From positions 46,169,847-46,233,846 of the forward strand of contig CP154954.1 of assembly GCA_039621445.1 (NCBI GenBank): 64,000 nucleotides of DNA, in the 5' to 3' direction. How positions within the stretch are numbered: the stretch's first letter is position 1; each line of letters opens with the position of its first letter. The DNA comes from Euglena gracilis (lineage: Eukaryota). Positions 24,201 through 37,501 of the stretch are shown here, piece by piece. A program made the translations under genes and the position numbers. The notes below the pieces were generated by a model, which made no database searches, was not told where the DNA came from, and saw only the letters and a program-made list of their open reading frames with translations.

Positions 24201-25505
24201 GGTAATAATTCCCCCGCTATCACCGGCAACCCCTAGAAACCTAGGGTAGTACACTTGAAGTTACGAATGGCTAAAAGGAGGTACCCACCCACAGGGATTG
24301 AGAAATTTTTGAAGGCCCGACGACTTTTGATTCGGACTAGGGTTGTTTTGGGGAACGGTGAGGAACAGAATATGGACATTTTGGCAGACACCGGTGCCGA
24401 GCCTAACCTCATTAGGCAAGGGTTAGTGAGTGAGCACCTGATGTATTCAGCCGAACACCCCTTGAGGTTTGAAACCACTAACGGTCAAGCCTTGAGTGGT
24501 GGGGGGAGGTGCACTAATGTGGTGATGAAGTTGCAAGGGGAGGTGAGTGACAACACACCACCCACATATTTTGAGTACGATGTGTAATTTGAAGAAGCCA
24601 ATATAAAAGTCGACGTAATTCTATCATACCGATGGCTTGTACGCACAAAAGTCGAAGTTTTTCCACACCACCGTGCCTTGGTAGTGGAGGAACCGGAATT
24701 GACATTTTTTTTCGGAGTGAGAGATCACAGGAGAAAACGGCAACGAAAAGTCCCTTGCACCCTACCCCAAGGAGGGGGTGTGACAAATTTGGAAAAGCTT
24801 GGCTTGCGCATTCTGATGGAGGGTTATTGATCAATGGGGAAAAGCCTTGGACGAAGATTCACTCAAAAATTTGGGCAGGAATTTGGAAACTGCAAGTGAC
24901 AACCCCCTACTGTTATTCACAAAATGATCACTGCAAGGGAGTGGAAGGGGAGCAAAGAAACGTAATCCGAAGAAGAAGACATAATAATAAAGCTAAGAGA
25001 CGAAATTTTTGGAAGGTAAGATGGAACCGTATTTCGGTCTAAGGAACAACCCGACCCACCCGTAAGAGGACCATATGGTTATGCATTATTACATTTGCAA
25101 GAAGGAGCGCGGCCTACCCGACAAAAACCATTTTTAATGCACGGGGAACGAAAAGAAGCTTTATAAAAAACCACTCAAGATTGGATCGATATGAAATTCA
25201 TCGAGCCAGCCACAACAAAATATTCAGAATGGCTCTCACAAACATTCCCGTGCCCAAAAAGTCAGCCGATTTCCCTTGGAGGCGGTTGTTGACACGAGGG
25301 GACCCAACAGCCAATGCAGTAGATGCAACCACCGTCTTCCTAAAATCGAAGACATCCTGGTGAAGCATGGTGCAAAACCAGACGTTCTCAATTTTGGATT
25401 TAAAACAAGACTTCCACCAACAGCCGCTTCACCCGGACAGCAGGCCTATAACTTGCTCCTTCACACCAAAGGGTCTTTACCAATGGAGGGTGAATGTAAT
25501 GGGGT

Positions 25506-25884
25506 TGTGGCATTGGACATTTCCCTACCTTTCAGATGAATTAGGCTTCGCCAGGTAATCTGCTCATTTTTTTTCTGTACAGTCAGACCTCATGAGTTGA
25601 TTGCTAGGCCCATGGGTCGTGGCCCCCTGGCGTGTATCAGGATCATGGGACTGACTGAAGGCTTGGAGATTTGAGTTTTGTGCTGTGGCTGAAGTTTGAA
25701 AAATTGAAGTAGAAGTTGCCTGCCAATGGGTGGGAATCCAAGGCCCACGGCGGAAGGCGAAGCAAAGGTATTGCAAAACCCAAGGCGAAGCCGAAGCCAG
25801 CCAAACAGGGGGCCCGGGGTCGGGCAGCTAAAAATGTATGAATTGCGAAGATAGCCCCCACCCAGGCGCCGCCCCTGTTTTACA
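25506..25884. mobile_element. Solo LTR (379 bp) inserted in the RT of element A
   Basis: Ends tgtggc...ttttaca; TSD gggt at 25502-25505 and 25885-25888; removal restores MGLTNA. A truncated copy sits at 19088-19317. Confidence 0.85.
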
Positions 25885-26173
25885 GGGTTAACTAACGCCT
25901 CACAACAAATACAACAAATGATGGATGACCGTTTAGCACCTGTAAGGGATATTGCCACCCCATACATTGATTACATTTTGGTAGGGTCCACTTTCGGGGA
26001 GGGGGAGGGTGTCCCCGAGGCAAACAAAAGGGTTTTGTGTAGGGTTTTGGATTTACTCACCGAGGAAATTTTTGTAGTGGACTCCAAAAAAGCGAAACTA
26101 TTCATCAAGGAAGTGGAATTTTGTTGCCAGATTTTTGGGGCATGGCACGCGTCGGCCGGCCCCCGGCAAATTA

Positions 26174-26722
26174 AACCCCCCCCCCAAATATAAGAAACCC
26201 CTCGCTATAAGAAACCCCCAAATATAAGAAACCCTTTGGCTGATTTTCAGCCGACACCCAAATATAAGAAACCCCCAAATATAAGAAACCCCTGGGCTGT
26301 TGGACGTCAATCCAAATATAAGAAACCCCTCATTTTCACCATGGGTCACAGCAAATCTCAAGGCGCGATCAACACAAAGATGAAGCCAATCTAGTCTATT
26401 GCTTCTTTGCAAAGCAAGAGTTCAGAAGCAACTGCTTTTTGGAAACACCTGTCCGTGTCACGACCCCCTTCCCGACTGTTTGAATGGCAGTCAGACATGA
26501 GGACAATCCTACACACACATGTGATGATTAATTACATGTGGTCACATGTAATTAATTATATGAAGGAACCGAAGGAAGAAAAAGTTCCATTTATAAGAAA
26601 CCCTTGGGGCCGGCCTTCGACACCCAAATATAAGAAACCCCCAAATATAAGAAACCCTTTGGGCCGATCGGCCGACACCCAAATATAAGAAACGGGTTTC
26701 TTATATTTGGGGGGGGGGGGTT
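26174..26722. mobile_element. TA-targeting MITE inserted in the RT of element A
   Basis: TIR aa(c)n-aaatataagaaaccc / gggtttcttatattt-(g)n-tt with TA flanks; removal restores PGKL|RAIEKW; many aaatataagaaaccc subterminal copies. Confidence 0.9.
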
Positions 26723-29700
26723 TACGCGCCATTGAAAAATGGGAGTGTACCTACAACCTTAACGGCATTAAGGGCTTTCCTCGGCTTCACAAATTATTAC
26801 AACACCTACATACACATGGATGCTCAAGTGGCGGCACCTTTGCAAGATAGTTTAAAGGTGTCTCAGGAGGAAGGCAAGAAAGGGAGCAAAAAAATGCGTT
26901 GAATTCGGGGAGGTTGCACACAAAGCATTTGAACAGTTAAAGAAGTGGTTGCTTTGCGGATTGATTCTTCAAAGGGTAGACCCCTTTGCTTTGAGGGTTG
27001 ATGCGAGTGGGTATGCCGTAGGACAAACTTTGGAACAACTCAAAGAAGGAAACGGTACGCCCACACCCCAAGAACTTTTTGGACAAGAAAACGGTGCTTG
27101 TTGCTTTTATGTCCCGAAAACTCACCGAGGGGCAAAGAAAATGGACCGCCCTGGACCTGGAGACATATGCCATAACTTTGGCACTCCAAAAATGCGAGAG
27201 CTGGATCGGTCCGCAACCCGTTTTGGTGTTGACCGATAACCAAAGTTTTGAGGCATGGGAAAAGGAAGCGCTCGACACCCCAAGTGGACCGGTGGGGAGG
27301 AGGGCACGATGGCACCAAATTTTCTCAAAATGCGATTTGAAAGTGGGGTACATTCCGGGGAAGGAAAACACTATCGCCCTCAGTTTAAGTCGGTGAGCGC
27401 ACCCCGCGTCGCACGCTTTAAGGGACATTAGTAAACACGGATCTGCTGAGGATAAGAAGGAAATGGAGGACCTCATAAGAGAGGAGAGTGAAGATGAGAA
27501 AAATTGCTTGTTGGTCAAATTCAAAAACCAGCCTATCGCTCGTAACATGTGGATAAGGGGGGGTAACCCGCAGTGGAAAAGAGGTGGCACCCAATTTTGT
27601 GGATGATGCATCAGGGAGGGGTACCGACAGTGTAGAAAGTCCGGGACGAATAAGCACCACCGAAGACGCTCACTCACAAGGGCCTAGGGATTTCTGGTTC
27701 GAAAAACGGTAAGAGGAGAGTTACCTTTTGGGATGGAGTGGACCCTGCGGGACATTTGGTGACTAGCCCAAAACTTCCGACTAATGAGTTACCAAGGGGG
27801 AGGGACGGAGAAGGTGTGGCCAACTCCAAGTGCAACCCCCAAGCTAACAAAATGAGTTTGGGAGAGAGATTGGGTAGTTGCGTGTACCGAATGATCATCT
27901 TGGAAGGAAATTTGGCTAGCAACTCAAAATGACGGTGAGTGGCCAAATGGTGTTAAATTTCACAAAGACCGTAAACAAATATGTTTTTTTTGAGGTGAGG
28001 TTGTGTGTTCCACTTTCTTTTCAAGAATTAATTGCGCAAGAAGTCCATGAATTCTTGGGACATGTTGGTCCCAAAAAAGTGTGGAATTTAATCATTTTGC
28101 GGTACGCATGGGCTGATGAAAAAAGGGCACTTGTTTTAAACGAAAGTTGTTCCAAAAATTGTGTCACATGCCAAGCAAGTTCACGGCGGGAGACTTTGAA
28201 GGGACACATATATTCAACACCCATTCCACCGGCACCCATGGTGAGTGTGGCCTTAGATCTTTTCAAAATGCCATTGGCAAAGTATAAGGGGGAAAAGTAC
28301 AATACCATGGCGGTGTGTGTTGAACGGCACTCCGGTTGGATCGTGGCCATACCGTTTTTAGAAAACGCTCAAACATTGGAGGGCTTTTCGGATTCGTTCA
28401 ATCATTTCTAGTGACCAAGGGAGTCATTTCGTGAACACATGGTGGCAAACCATGTACTCATTTTTTGGGACTTCGACAAGCTTTTTCTCAACGCTACCAC
28501 CACCAAGCCAACGGGCGGGTGGAAAGGGGGTCAACAAGTAATGCAGATTTTGACGAAACTCTTTGTGGACGGAAAAATGATTTGGGTTGAGGCTCTACCC
28601 CAAACTTTGGACAGGATTCTTGATGTGAAGGGGGAGGGTGGTTTTAGCCCATACCAAATTATGACCGGTAGGAAACGTCCTTTTGGGGGGGGTCCCTTAC
28701 CAAGCACCAAAAGAGTGCCAGGGTTCCCAACTATTTTTTCATCGAATGAAGCTAATCCATGAAACGGTGGCAAAGGGTTCAAACCATACCCATGAGGTCC
28801 AAGCTGAAAGGATTAACCGAGGTCGAAGGGAAATGGAACCATTAAAAATTGGAACCCATGTGTGGTACAAACGACCTGAGGGTTCGGGTGAAAAATCAAG
28901 TTAGAGGTGGATTGGTCCCGGTATTGTTAAAGCTCGGGAGGGGGAGAGGAGCTACGTTGTGGAAACCAAACTGGGTGTGCAAATTAGGACACACTGATGT
29001 TTTCTAAAGGAGCACAGGGAACCACCAGTTTTTGGCAAATGGGTTCCTCTTTATTTTTTCAAACGGACTGAAAAAGAGGATGAGGCAATGCCCGATGAGT
29101 TGGAGGTTGAGAAAATTTTGGCCCACCGTAGGAAGGAGGATTCGTGGAATTTCTCACCAAGTGGGTTGGTTGTGAGGAGGAGGAAGAAACCTGGGATAAT
29201 ATTGGAGTTTCATTCACCGTTCCAGGAATGAGTTTGTTCGGTATTGTGCCCACAAAAATCTGAAGGTGAATTTAATTTGGGGGCTTCAAAAAAATCTGTG
29301 AGCCAATTTCAATTGCGGCCCAATTTTGCTTTTCTTTCGGATTTGACGGGGTACGCTCAATTTTTAGAAACTCTGGGAGGTGGAACGGGGCCGAGTGCTG
29401 TGCGGCACCGGGGGGACGTGATTTCTCGCTCCTCCGCTCATTTCTATCCTCCATTTTGTATTTGCACGTTTTTTTTGTATGCGGGCAAATAAACACACAC
29501 ACACTTGATTTTTTTTGCGTGCGTACACATGCGTGCATTATTATTTTGCTTGTTTTGCCCGCGACACTTTATCTTGCTTATTCTTGTTGTTTAGAATTGG
29601 CCTCTTTATCACAGGAGTGAAGCGGGAAGCTCCAGCACTCCGCGAGCCCCGACCTAGTGATTATTGTAAATAGCCGCTGTGCATGTGTAAATACCAAAGT

Positions 29701-30732
29701 GCGGGCATTCCTTCAAAGTTAGGATGGAGGAAGGAAGGGGGAACGGAGGTTGGAAGGTTCCGTTTGTCAATTACCAACGTGACCACAATCAACTCCTCCA
29801 CCGCCGCCTTCACCTCCAACGCCGACACCAACACCACCGCCCCCATCAACCACGCCTTAGCACTCCAACTTCTACGCTCGACGACTTCAATAGCACACAA
29901 AACATCATGCCGGGTTGGGGGGTGAGGAATGGAGAAGGAGGATGGCGCGCCGAGTACAGGCGCGTGTTGGAAATGAGGGGTTCCGGGGAACTCAACGAAA
30001 TTTGTGGAAATTGTTCTCGTGAGACGAACCATTTTGTTGCCAACAATATTTGAGCAGGGGCGAAAGTACACAAAAACCTGCACGACGTGCGGATTTGAGG
30101 ATGATTGCACGCCATGGGGGGATGCGCTGACAAGGAAAGAGGTTGGGACACAAACAAATGTGTTGGAGATGGGGCCTTTGGACAACACACATCCCCCTCG
30201 AAGGTATGGACCCCCCATTTTTGGGAGCCGCGGTCGAGTGGGAGCCGGAGGCCACTCATCCCCCTCCCCCCCCACGACGTGCGGCTTCGCAAGCCCCCCT
30301 GAACTCCAACGACGGTTGAATGGACAAGCCCCCGGACCACGGCCACGACCACAACAAGAAGCCCCCATGAATGGAGGGTTTAACACAACGTGGTCCGAAG
30401 AATGAATAATTTTTGAAATCGGCCTATATGCCTTTTCTCTCACTCTCCTTTTTTTTCTCCCAACCCCAATGCATTTCTCTCTTCTTTTTTCTACAGCCCA
30501 CAAAAGCTACTTTTCTGCCAGAACGCAAGACCCGGGTGGCCGCGGCCCAGGCCCGACCCACATACAGTATGATTTGCCTCCCTACCCCCCACACGCCCAT
30601 GCGGCGGCCCCACCAGCCCAAGGGACGTCCGCGTATGTGCGTATGTGGTATATCAACCCCGTCCTGCCGCCTGCGCGGCCCAGGCACAAATGCCACCTCC
30701 CGCTCAAACGGTTCAGGCACAAATGCCATATC

Positions 30733-33700
30733 TGGACGTTTCAGAATATTCTTTTGTGTTCCTTGAAATCCTCGGATTTACAATTTTCTTGATATCCCAA
30801 TTGTCCCAAAGAGGTAAACACAAGCCAATGTGACATGAAACCAGAGCCAGCAGTCTGCGGGGGGGGGGGGGAGGGAAGTTCGAATTAGGAATACAAAAGT
30901 CAGTTCCGCAGTTGGTAAGGTAAGCGGTCAGCAAATAGTTCGCACACGACCCCCATGCCGGAGGACGCGGCGCCACAGGCACAGGACGAAACAGCATCAC
31001 ACCACAAAAAAAGGCGGCTTTACGGTTTTTCAAGCATTGATGAATGTGTTCCACACGAATTGTCCACAAAAGGTTCAGAACGACAAATGTCAACACAAAG
31101 AAAGGTAAAAGAGGTTACTTCCGACATTCACCGCGGTCCCTTCACTTCGTGGTTGGCTTGCATTTCAAAGGTAACACAAACCTGGGCGAAACTCCTTGCA
31201 TCAATGGCAGGTTTGCGACTGAAAGCCCTCAAAGGTTAGATGACAATCCACCATGGCGAGGCGGGTTGGTGTCTCCTGACCCGAAAAAACATCCAAAAAG
31301 GCCCCCTAAGGGGCTTGACTTTCTTCCCGCGTGTCTGAAAGCACGATCAAAACGTTTGGGGAGAGGCCAGGCTGTCTCTTGAGATGCCAATCCCCATTCA
31401 CATTCTTAAACGTCACAAAACATTCTGAGCGCCTGACGCATGCTCCCACCAAACCAAAAATTTCCATTCCCCTTGGTTCTTGTGCTCAAAATCTTGTAAA
31501 CATTGTAAAAACCCAATTGTGCTTGTTCTTCTTCTGACATCTGAAGGAGGGTCCCATCCCTGGTATGGCACGGGGGTGACACCTGCACTGGGTCTCCCAC
31601 AACCACATCACCGGTCAAAAGGTCTGGGTCTTCTTCCTAAAGACTTTCTTCATTCAAAGCAACCTCCCACTTTTTGCAAAAACCCAAAGAAACATAAATG
31701 ACCCCTCCCAAAGATGGACTGCCTGCAATTTGCACTGAATTGAACCTCAATTTGAGAACCCGAAAAGGTCCTTGCCAGGGGGGGAAAGCTTGGGCAATGA
31801 TTTTTTTGGCCATGTGAACCAAAACATAGACATCTTCTTGAATTTCTTGCTGGTACCCTCCCTTTGTTGGCACTCTCAAAATCTTTTTCCCTCAATTCTT
31901 TCAATCTCTGGGAAGCTCTTTCTTGAATTTCAATGTGGGTCAAAAGCCAGGAATGGGTGTCTGGGTTTGTCACCGGTTCTGGGGGTAATTCAAACCTCCA
32001 AGGTGGTCTTCCCAAAAACATTTCATGGTGTGACAGCATTGTTGTGGGGGGAACCTGTGAATTCATCAAAAATGTGCAATACGGAATCAATTGAACCCAA
32101 TTTTTGTCCTTGGAAGACAGACACAAAGCTCTCATACTCTGCAAAAACATTTTGTTGACATTTACAACCAAACCGTTTGATCTGTGGTTCCGGGGTAGCG
32201 AAAACGATAATTTCACGTCTAGAGCTTTTAACGCTGTCTGGTAAAAACCACTGGGCTGTCTGAATTGCACGTCGTTGTCAGACCTCACAACGGATGGTTT
32301 TCCAAAAACAGCAATCCACCTGTCTAAAATAAGCCTCAAATCACCTTCTCCGGTTACCGTTTTCTGTGTGGGGATGAATTGGCAAAAATGGGACAAATTA
32401 TCGACCAAAGTCAGCACATAGTCAATACCATTGTAGGGGTCCATTTGCATAAAATCCAAACACAAAACTTCACTGCTCACTGTTGACATCGGTAAAGAAC
32501 CCACCTTTCATCGGTCACTGGGGCGGTTTTGTTTTGAAAGGGTGCAAATTTCACAGGTCATCACAATGGCCTTGCAAATTTCCAACATGTCTTTCTTGGA
32601 CACCTTCGACTGAAATGGCTCAAAAAGAACAACAAAGTCCTTTCAGCACCCACATGGTTGCTTGCCTTGTGACATTCATCCAAACAAACCTTCAGCAAAT
32701 GAGATGGAACAACCAACGTTCCTTCGTAATACATTGCCTTGGCAGATCTGAACCAGAGCTCATTGTCAGTGAAACAGGGTTTTGAAACCTCCACATTTTC
32801 CCAAAATTCTTTCAGTTCTGAATTCAAATAATCCTTTTCTGACACTTGCACTCTGTGGGACACACTGAAAATCTTTTGCAAAAACAGGTCAAGCTGCACA
32901 TCCATTTTCTGAAGAGCGCTCCCTGCTTCTTCCTCAAAACGAATTTCAAATTTGCTCTCAAAATCAGCACGAGCCAAAACATCACACAATTCATTTTTGC
33001 AACCTGCCACAAGAACAACGTTCAGTTTGAACTGGTGCAAAAGCACATACATCCTTCTCAGCCTTTTTTTGGGGGGTTCACCCTTCAGAAAAGAGGTGGC
33101 TGCCTCATTGTCTGTCATCCACACAATTGGCAAATGTTGCAAAATCCTTGTTTGTGAAGCAGTGGTCAGCACACCACTCAAAATTTCCTTTACCCAGGTT
33201 GTGTATTTTTTTCTTGCCTCACTCCACTTCCAGTTGTAGTGGCCCAAGGGCACCAACCTCATTTCACTGGGGTAGTTGTTTTTCAGGGTCCCCTCCACTT
33301 TCACACAACTTGTTCGAAAATTTTCAGGAATTTGTGTTTGTTGGAGGGTTTGCCACTGAAACAAAGTAGGACCACTCTCAAATCCGAACTTTCAGTCACC
33401 AAAACAATCTCTCCTGAACTCCTGGGGGTACCTAAAACATCAAGGGATGATAATTTCCTTTTCAAAGCGTTCAAACAACTCTCCTCCTTTTCAGTCCACC
33501 TCCATTTCACCTTCTTTTCAGAAGATCTGTCAGTGGGGCTGAGTCAAAGGTAAAACCTTTCACGTGATTGTGATAAAAATTCATGGCCCCCAAAATTCGC
33601 CTCAAATCCCTTTGGTTCTGAACTCGAAAACTCAGAAATGGTTCAACGTTTCTTTTTTTTTCCTGCCACATTCCCCATCCCAACAAGAAACCCAAGTAGT

Positions 33701-36700
33701 CAATAGTATGATTCAGAAAAGAACATTTGCTCAATTTGATTCTCACGTGGTTCTTTCTGCAAACTTCAAACCACTTTCCCAAAAGATACAAATGGTCCTC
33801 CTCAGAATTCGCACCAACCCCTGTGTCATCGAAAAAAAGAAGCCAGATGTCCATCTTTCAAAATTTCTCTCACCCTCAAATCCGTTTTCCATTTGGAGGT
33901 TAGGATTTCCGTCAGCTCCTGAAAAATTTCTGGGGCATTCATCAACCCAAACATCATCCTCTTTGGACGAAAACACATTCCCTGAAGGAATGCAAAATGC
34001 AGAAAAATTTGCTGCTCTTTTTGTGATTGGGATTTGCCAATACCCACTCCTGATGTCCAGGGTACTTTTGAACCGACACTTGGCAAAACTTTCAATCAGG
34101 ATCCCCATGTTTGGCAAAAAACCTGCATGCGCTTTGCTTCTGGAATTCAATTTTCCATAATGAATGACCATCGTTCTGGTACTTGACCCTTTTTTGTCCA
34201 CCAAAAATGTGGGGCTGCACACCTGGTGGATTTCACCAACTGGGAATTGCTGACCCAACCCTGACTTTAGCAATTCTTCGCACTGAAGGTCAATTTCTTT
34301 TTCATCCTCCTGGGGCATGGGCCAACACTTTTGCCTTAGGGTTTCCCTTCCCATTCAGGCTTCAGCTCAATGTCCATCAAAACAGGCAGGGGGAAGACTC
34401 AGAAATTGTGGGCAGTGGTCCAAAAACATCATAAAATTTCACCAAAAGCTCATACAACCTGGGGTGGTTTCTGAATTTCTCAACTTCTTTCTCAAAATCT
34501 CCACTCAGATTCTCAGTAAACAATTTGTGGCTTTTTTCATCAGCCTTTTCTGGGCCTCCAAAGTCCAAACCTTTTCATGTAAAACTTGGGAAATGCTTTT
34601 GAGTTCATCCATCTTGACTGTTGCCTTGGGAGTCTTCACAGATTTCACAAATTGAACATCTTCCACAGGCTTGGACAGCTGGAAAAACATCATCTCCACA
34701 TCTCTTCTCACCTCCTGAAAAAGACGCAGCTCAGTTTCAATGTCCTTTGTCAATTCAGCCAAAAATTGATGTTTTCATGCTCACTCATTGGTTCAAACAC
34801 CACCACATTGTCCAACCATTCCTTCATCTTTTCTTCTGATTCTTTGGAGGGGACTTTCTCCACAGAGAAACTTGGACTTTCAAAAATTTGCCGGGCTGCA
34901 GGTGGATTGGCAGATTGTTGTGCATGCTGCTGGGGGGGAACATCAGGAAGATCTGGGAAATCAACTTGAATTTCATCATCCACTCTGGGGTACTTTCTGA
35001 TCTCACCTCTCAGTTCATGCAAAATCCAATTTCTTGAATCTTTCCTGAGCCAACTGACAGTTCTGGGGTGCAAAAGCTCAAAATCCACTTTGAATTGCAC
35101 TGTGTCCACCACACTCACAAAATTGTTCCACAGGGGGGAGGGCAGCACCTTTTTGCACCTGTCACCGACAAACAAGGGAACCCCACTTTAAATTTTCACC
35201 CTGGCCACCGGTACCCTTTCCAGCAGGGGGGGACCAGTACTGGTCCACCCAGTCTGAGCACACCAGGACCATTTTTGTTTCTTCAAGGCACAACTTGGTC
35301 ACCACTTTGCTTAGTTGGCTGAAGGGGGGGGTTTGCCCACAGAAACTTGGAAGCACCAATGTAACACAACAATTTTTCCTATGAATACCTGTAGGCCGAA
35401 TTCCCTTTCGTCATGTACAAAGACTGTGTGTGGTTCAGGTGGTTTGCAAAAAGATCAATGCAAAACTAACCCTCAGAAATCTTCAATTCTTCCAAAGCTT
35501 TTGACTTCACTGGCTTGACCAAAGGGTAGCTTTATGCCTTGAAAAGTCTGAAAATTATTTTGATGGTGTGGTCTCCATCATGGCTCTGAAGTAAAACCTC
35601 CTCACCGTCGATGATGGTTCTTGGGGGTCTGGTCAACAACCCCTCCAAAAACTCACTCTCTGTGAAGTCAGTCCCAAAAACTGCCTCAAAGGCACAAGTA
35701 TCCACCACAACAGCTTTCAGTTTCAAAATCTTGGACCCAAACTGCAAACACATCTCACACGTTCCCTGGGGAAAAATGTACTCCCCATTGCCGATCTGCA
35801 GGGGTACCGCAGCACTCCGGTCAATTTTATTCTCAGGAAAAAATTTTCTCAGAAACTGCAGTAATGGTGGCCCCTGTGTCCAAAATGGCTTGAACGTCCT
35901 TTCCATAAGCCTTCGCTGGCAAAAGATAAGTTTTACACACCATCTGGAGCAATTGCAAAGCATCAGCTTTTCTCTTTTTCGGGCTTGCACCCTGGGGGTA
36001 ACCTGGGTTTGAACTCCTTGGGGTTGAACGGAGGGGGTCCCTTTGCCTGCCCCCTTCTGGGCTGCCGCCTTCTTTTTCCCAAACTTTTTTTTACGAACAT
36101 CTGTCTTCATAATGCCCTTCTTTTGTGACAAAATCGACAGAAAATTGTGGCTCCAAATCGTAGGGCTGGGGTGTCATCAACTTTTCTTTCACCCTTGCCT
36201 TTGCCTTTTCCTTTGCCTTTTCCTTTTCCACCAGATTTTCCACAAAATCTGTCTGCCCTGATGTCTGCATACATTCTGGGGTGTAATTTTCTCAGCAAAA
36301 CCAGAAACATTTCCTGTTCACTCATGTCCTGGGGGCTCAACCTGGCCATCAAGTTTTCCAACTCGATGAAAAGTTTTTTGATGTCTTGTGGTTCAGGGTT
36401 CTGTGAAAGTGCTGGCAATTTCTCGATGGCAGATCTCAAAGTCATGTCATTTTCCAGTGTTGGGAACAATTTTGCAATTTCCAACAGCACTTTTTCAAAA
36501 TCATCATGCTCTTCCATCACCTTTTCAACCAGTTTTTTCACCTTGGGGGTGCAACACTCCAACAGCCAATCCTTTTTCTGGACATTTCCAAATGCAACAG
36601 CACCAGTTAACCTCAACCATTTGCCAAAATATTTCAAAAGCTCTGGCCAATTTGCACCATCAAACTCTGGCGATTTCACAGGTGGTAATCTTGAACTTTG

Positions 36701-37501
36701 GGTTGAACTTTAGCTGGGGTTGCTGGAGTTTGGTTCCACAATTTGCTTCAGAAATGTTTCAACCTGGGTGATGGGGTTCACAGGAGTAAAACCAGACTGA
36801 CTGCTGCTGGATGCTTTTATTTCCAATTCTTGCAACCTCCTTTCCAAATCTTCAATGGAATACATTTCTGCAGATCACTTTCAAAAAAACTCAACTACTG
36901 GCTCTGTAAACTGAGAGAAACTGGCCAACCCAAAAAGACAAACAAAGCTGAAGAAACCAGAACAGAAAACCAACCACTGGGTTCAGGACCACGTCAGCAA
37001 GATCATGAAGATCTTGCCCCCACCAGGTTCTTGTTCTGGACAGCAAGGTGAACAGCAGCACCAGCAGCTTCAATAGCCAAGTAACCAATACAACAACTGT
37101 TGAATTCTCCACTGAGAACTTGTTGACCACAGCTTGAATGACAACTTCCTGTTGAAGATGTTGTTCTGTACCAGCCACTCGGTTAACCTTGCCTTCAGGA
37201 AGACCAACTTCTGGAACTTCAACAACCAGTGAAACAATGATCAATCTCCTCGAAGACTTCTTGGACGATTGGAACAACAAACCTCTGCGACCAACTTTGG
37301 ATGTCTCACAATAATATTTTGTTTTCCTTGAAATCCTCGAATTCCCAATTTTCTAGATATCCCAATTGTCCCAAAGACGTGAACACAAGTCAATGTGACA
37401 TGAAACCACAGCCAGCAGTCTGAGGGGGGGGGGGGAAGTTCGAATTAGGAATACAAAAGTCAGTTCCGCAGTTGGTAAGGTAAGTCAGCAAATAGTTCGC
37501 A
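30733..37501 (-). mobile_element. Element B: full-length degenerate Ty3/Gypsy retrotransposon with order gag - PR - Dam-like MTase - RT - RH - IN (possible chromodomain)
   Basis: LTRs 30733-30944 and 37298-37501 (TG...CA). TSD atatc at 30728-30732 and 37502-37506. tRNA-type PBS tggtcgcagagg (37282-37293). gag SPEFDG..W, RT SPTFLVDKK / LDIRSGYWQI / FFDD, RNase H WMTDN, integrase LCLDF...VRSDND.QF. Confidence 0.92.
35105..35530 (-). pseudogene. Dam-like N6-adenine DNA methyltransferase domain between PR and RT of element B
   Basis: Manual minus-strand translation: SYPLVK...FCIDLFANHLNHTQSLYMTKGNSAYRYS*EKL...FLWANPP(fs)FSQLSKVVTKLCLEETKMVLVCSDWVDQYWSP(fs)LLE...GVPLF...PLWNNFVSVV. Confidence 0.8.

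Larger units (their letters stand above)
13050..25731 (+). repeat. Tandem duplication of about 6.3 kb within element A (about 13050-19317 and 19348-25731)
   Basis: Paired near-identical ORFs: 13959-14582 with 20255-20878, 17007-17354 with 23422-24003, and 17773-18171 with 24255-24587. Confidence 0.9.
12280..29613 (+). mobile_element. Element A: degenerate chromodomain Ty3/Gypsy retrotransposon with order gag - C5 MTase - Dam-like MTase - PR - RT - RH - IN - chromodomain
   Basis: gag-like APKFSG..DW.QF..DW (about 21350); protease ILADTGA (about 17960 and 24380); RT W.SQTFPVPKK, LDLK..FHQ, YQWRV..MGL.NA and YIDY in place of YIDD; RNase H VDASGYAVG and TDNQ; integrase H-H-C-C and VALDLF; chromodomain-like EVEKILAHR...FLTKWVG...ETW (about 29100-29200). 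Candidate 3' LTR at 29417-29613; 5' LTR not found, so the left boundary is approximate. Confidence 0.85.

Noticed and set aside
12280-37501. Programmed frameshifting in elements A and B
   Set aside because: The frameshifts are numerous, mostly in homopolymers and accompanied by stops; decay or sequencing error is more likely.
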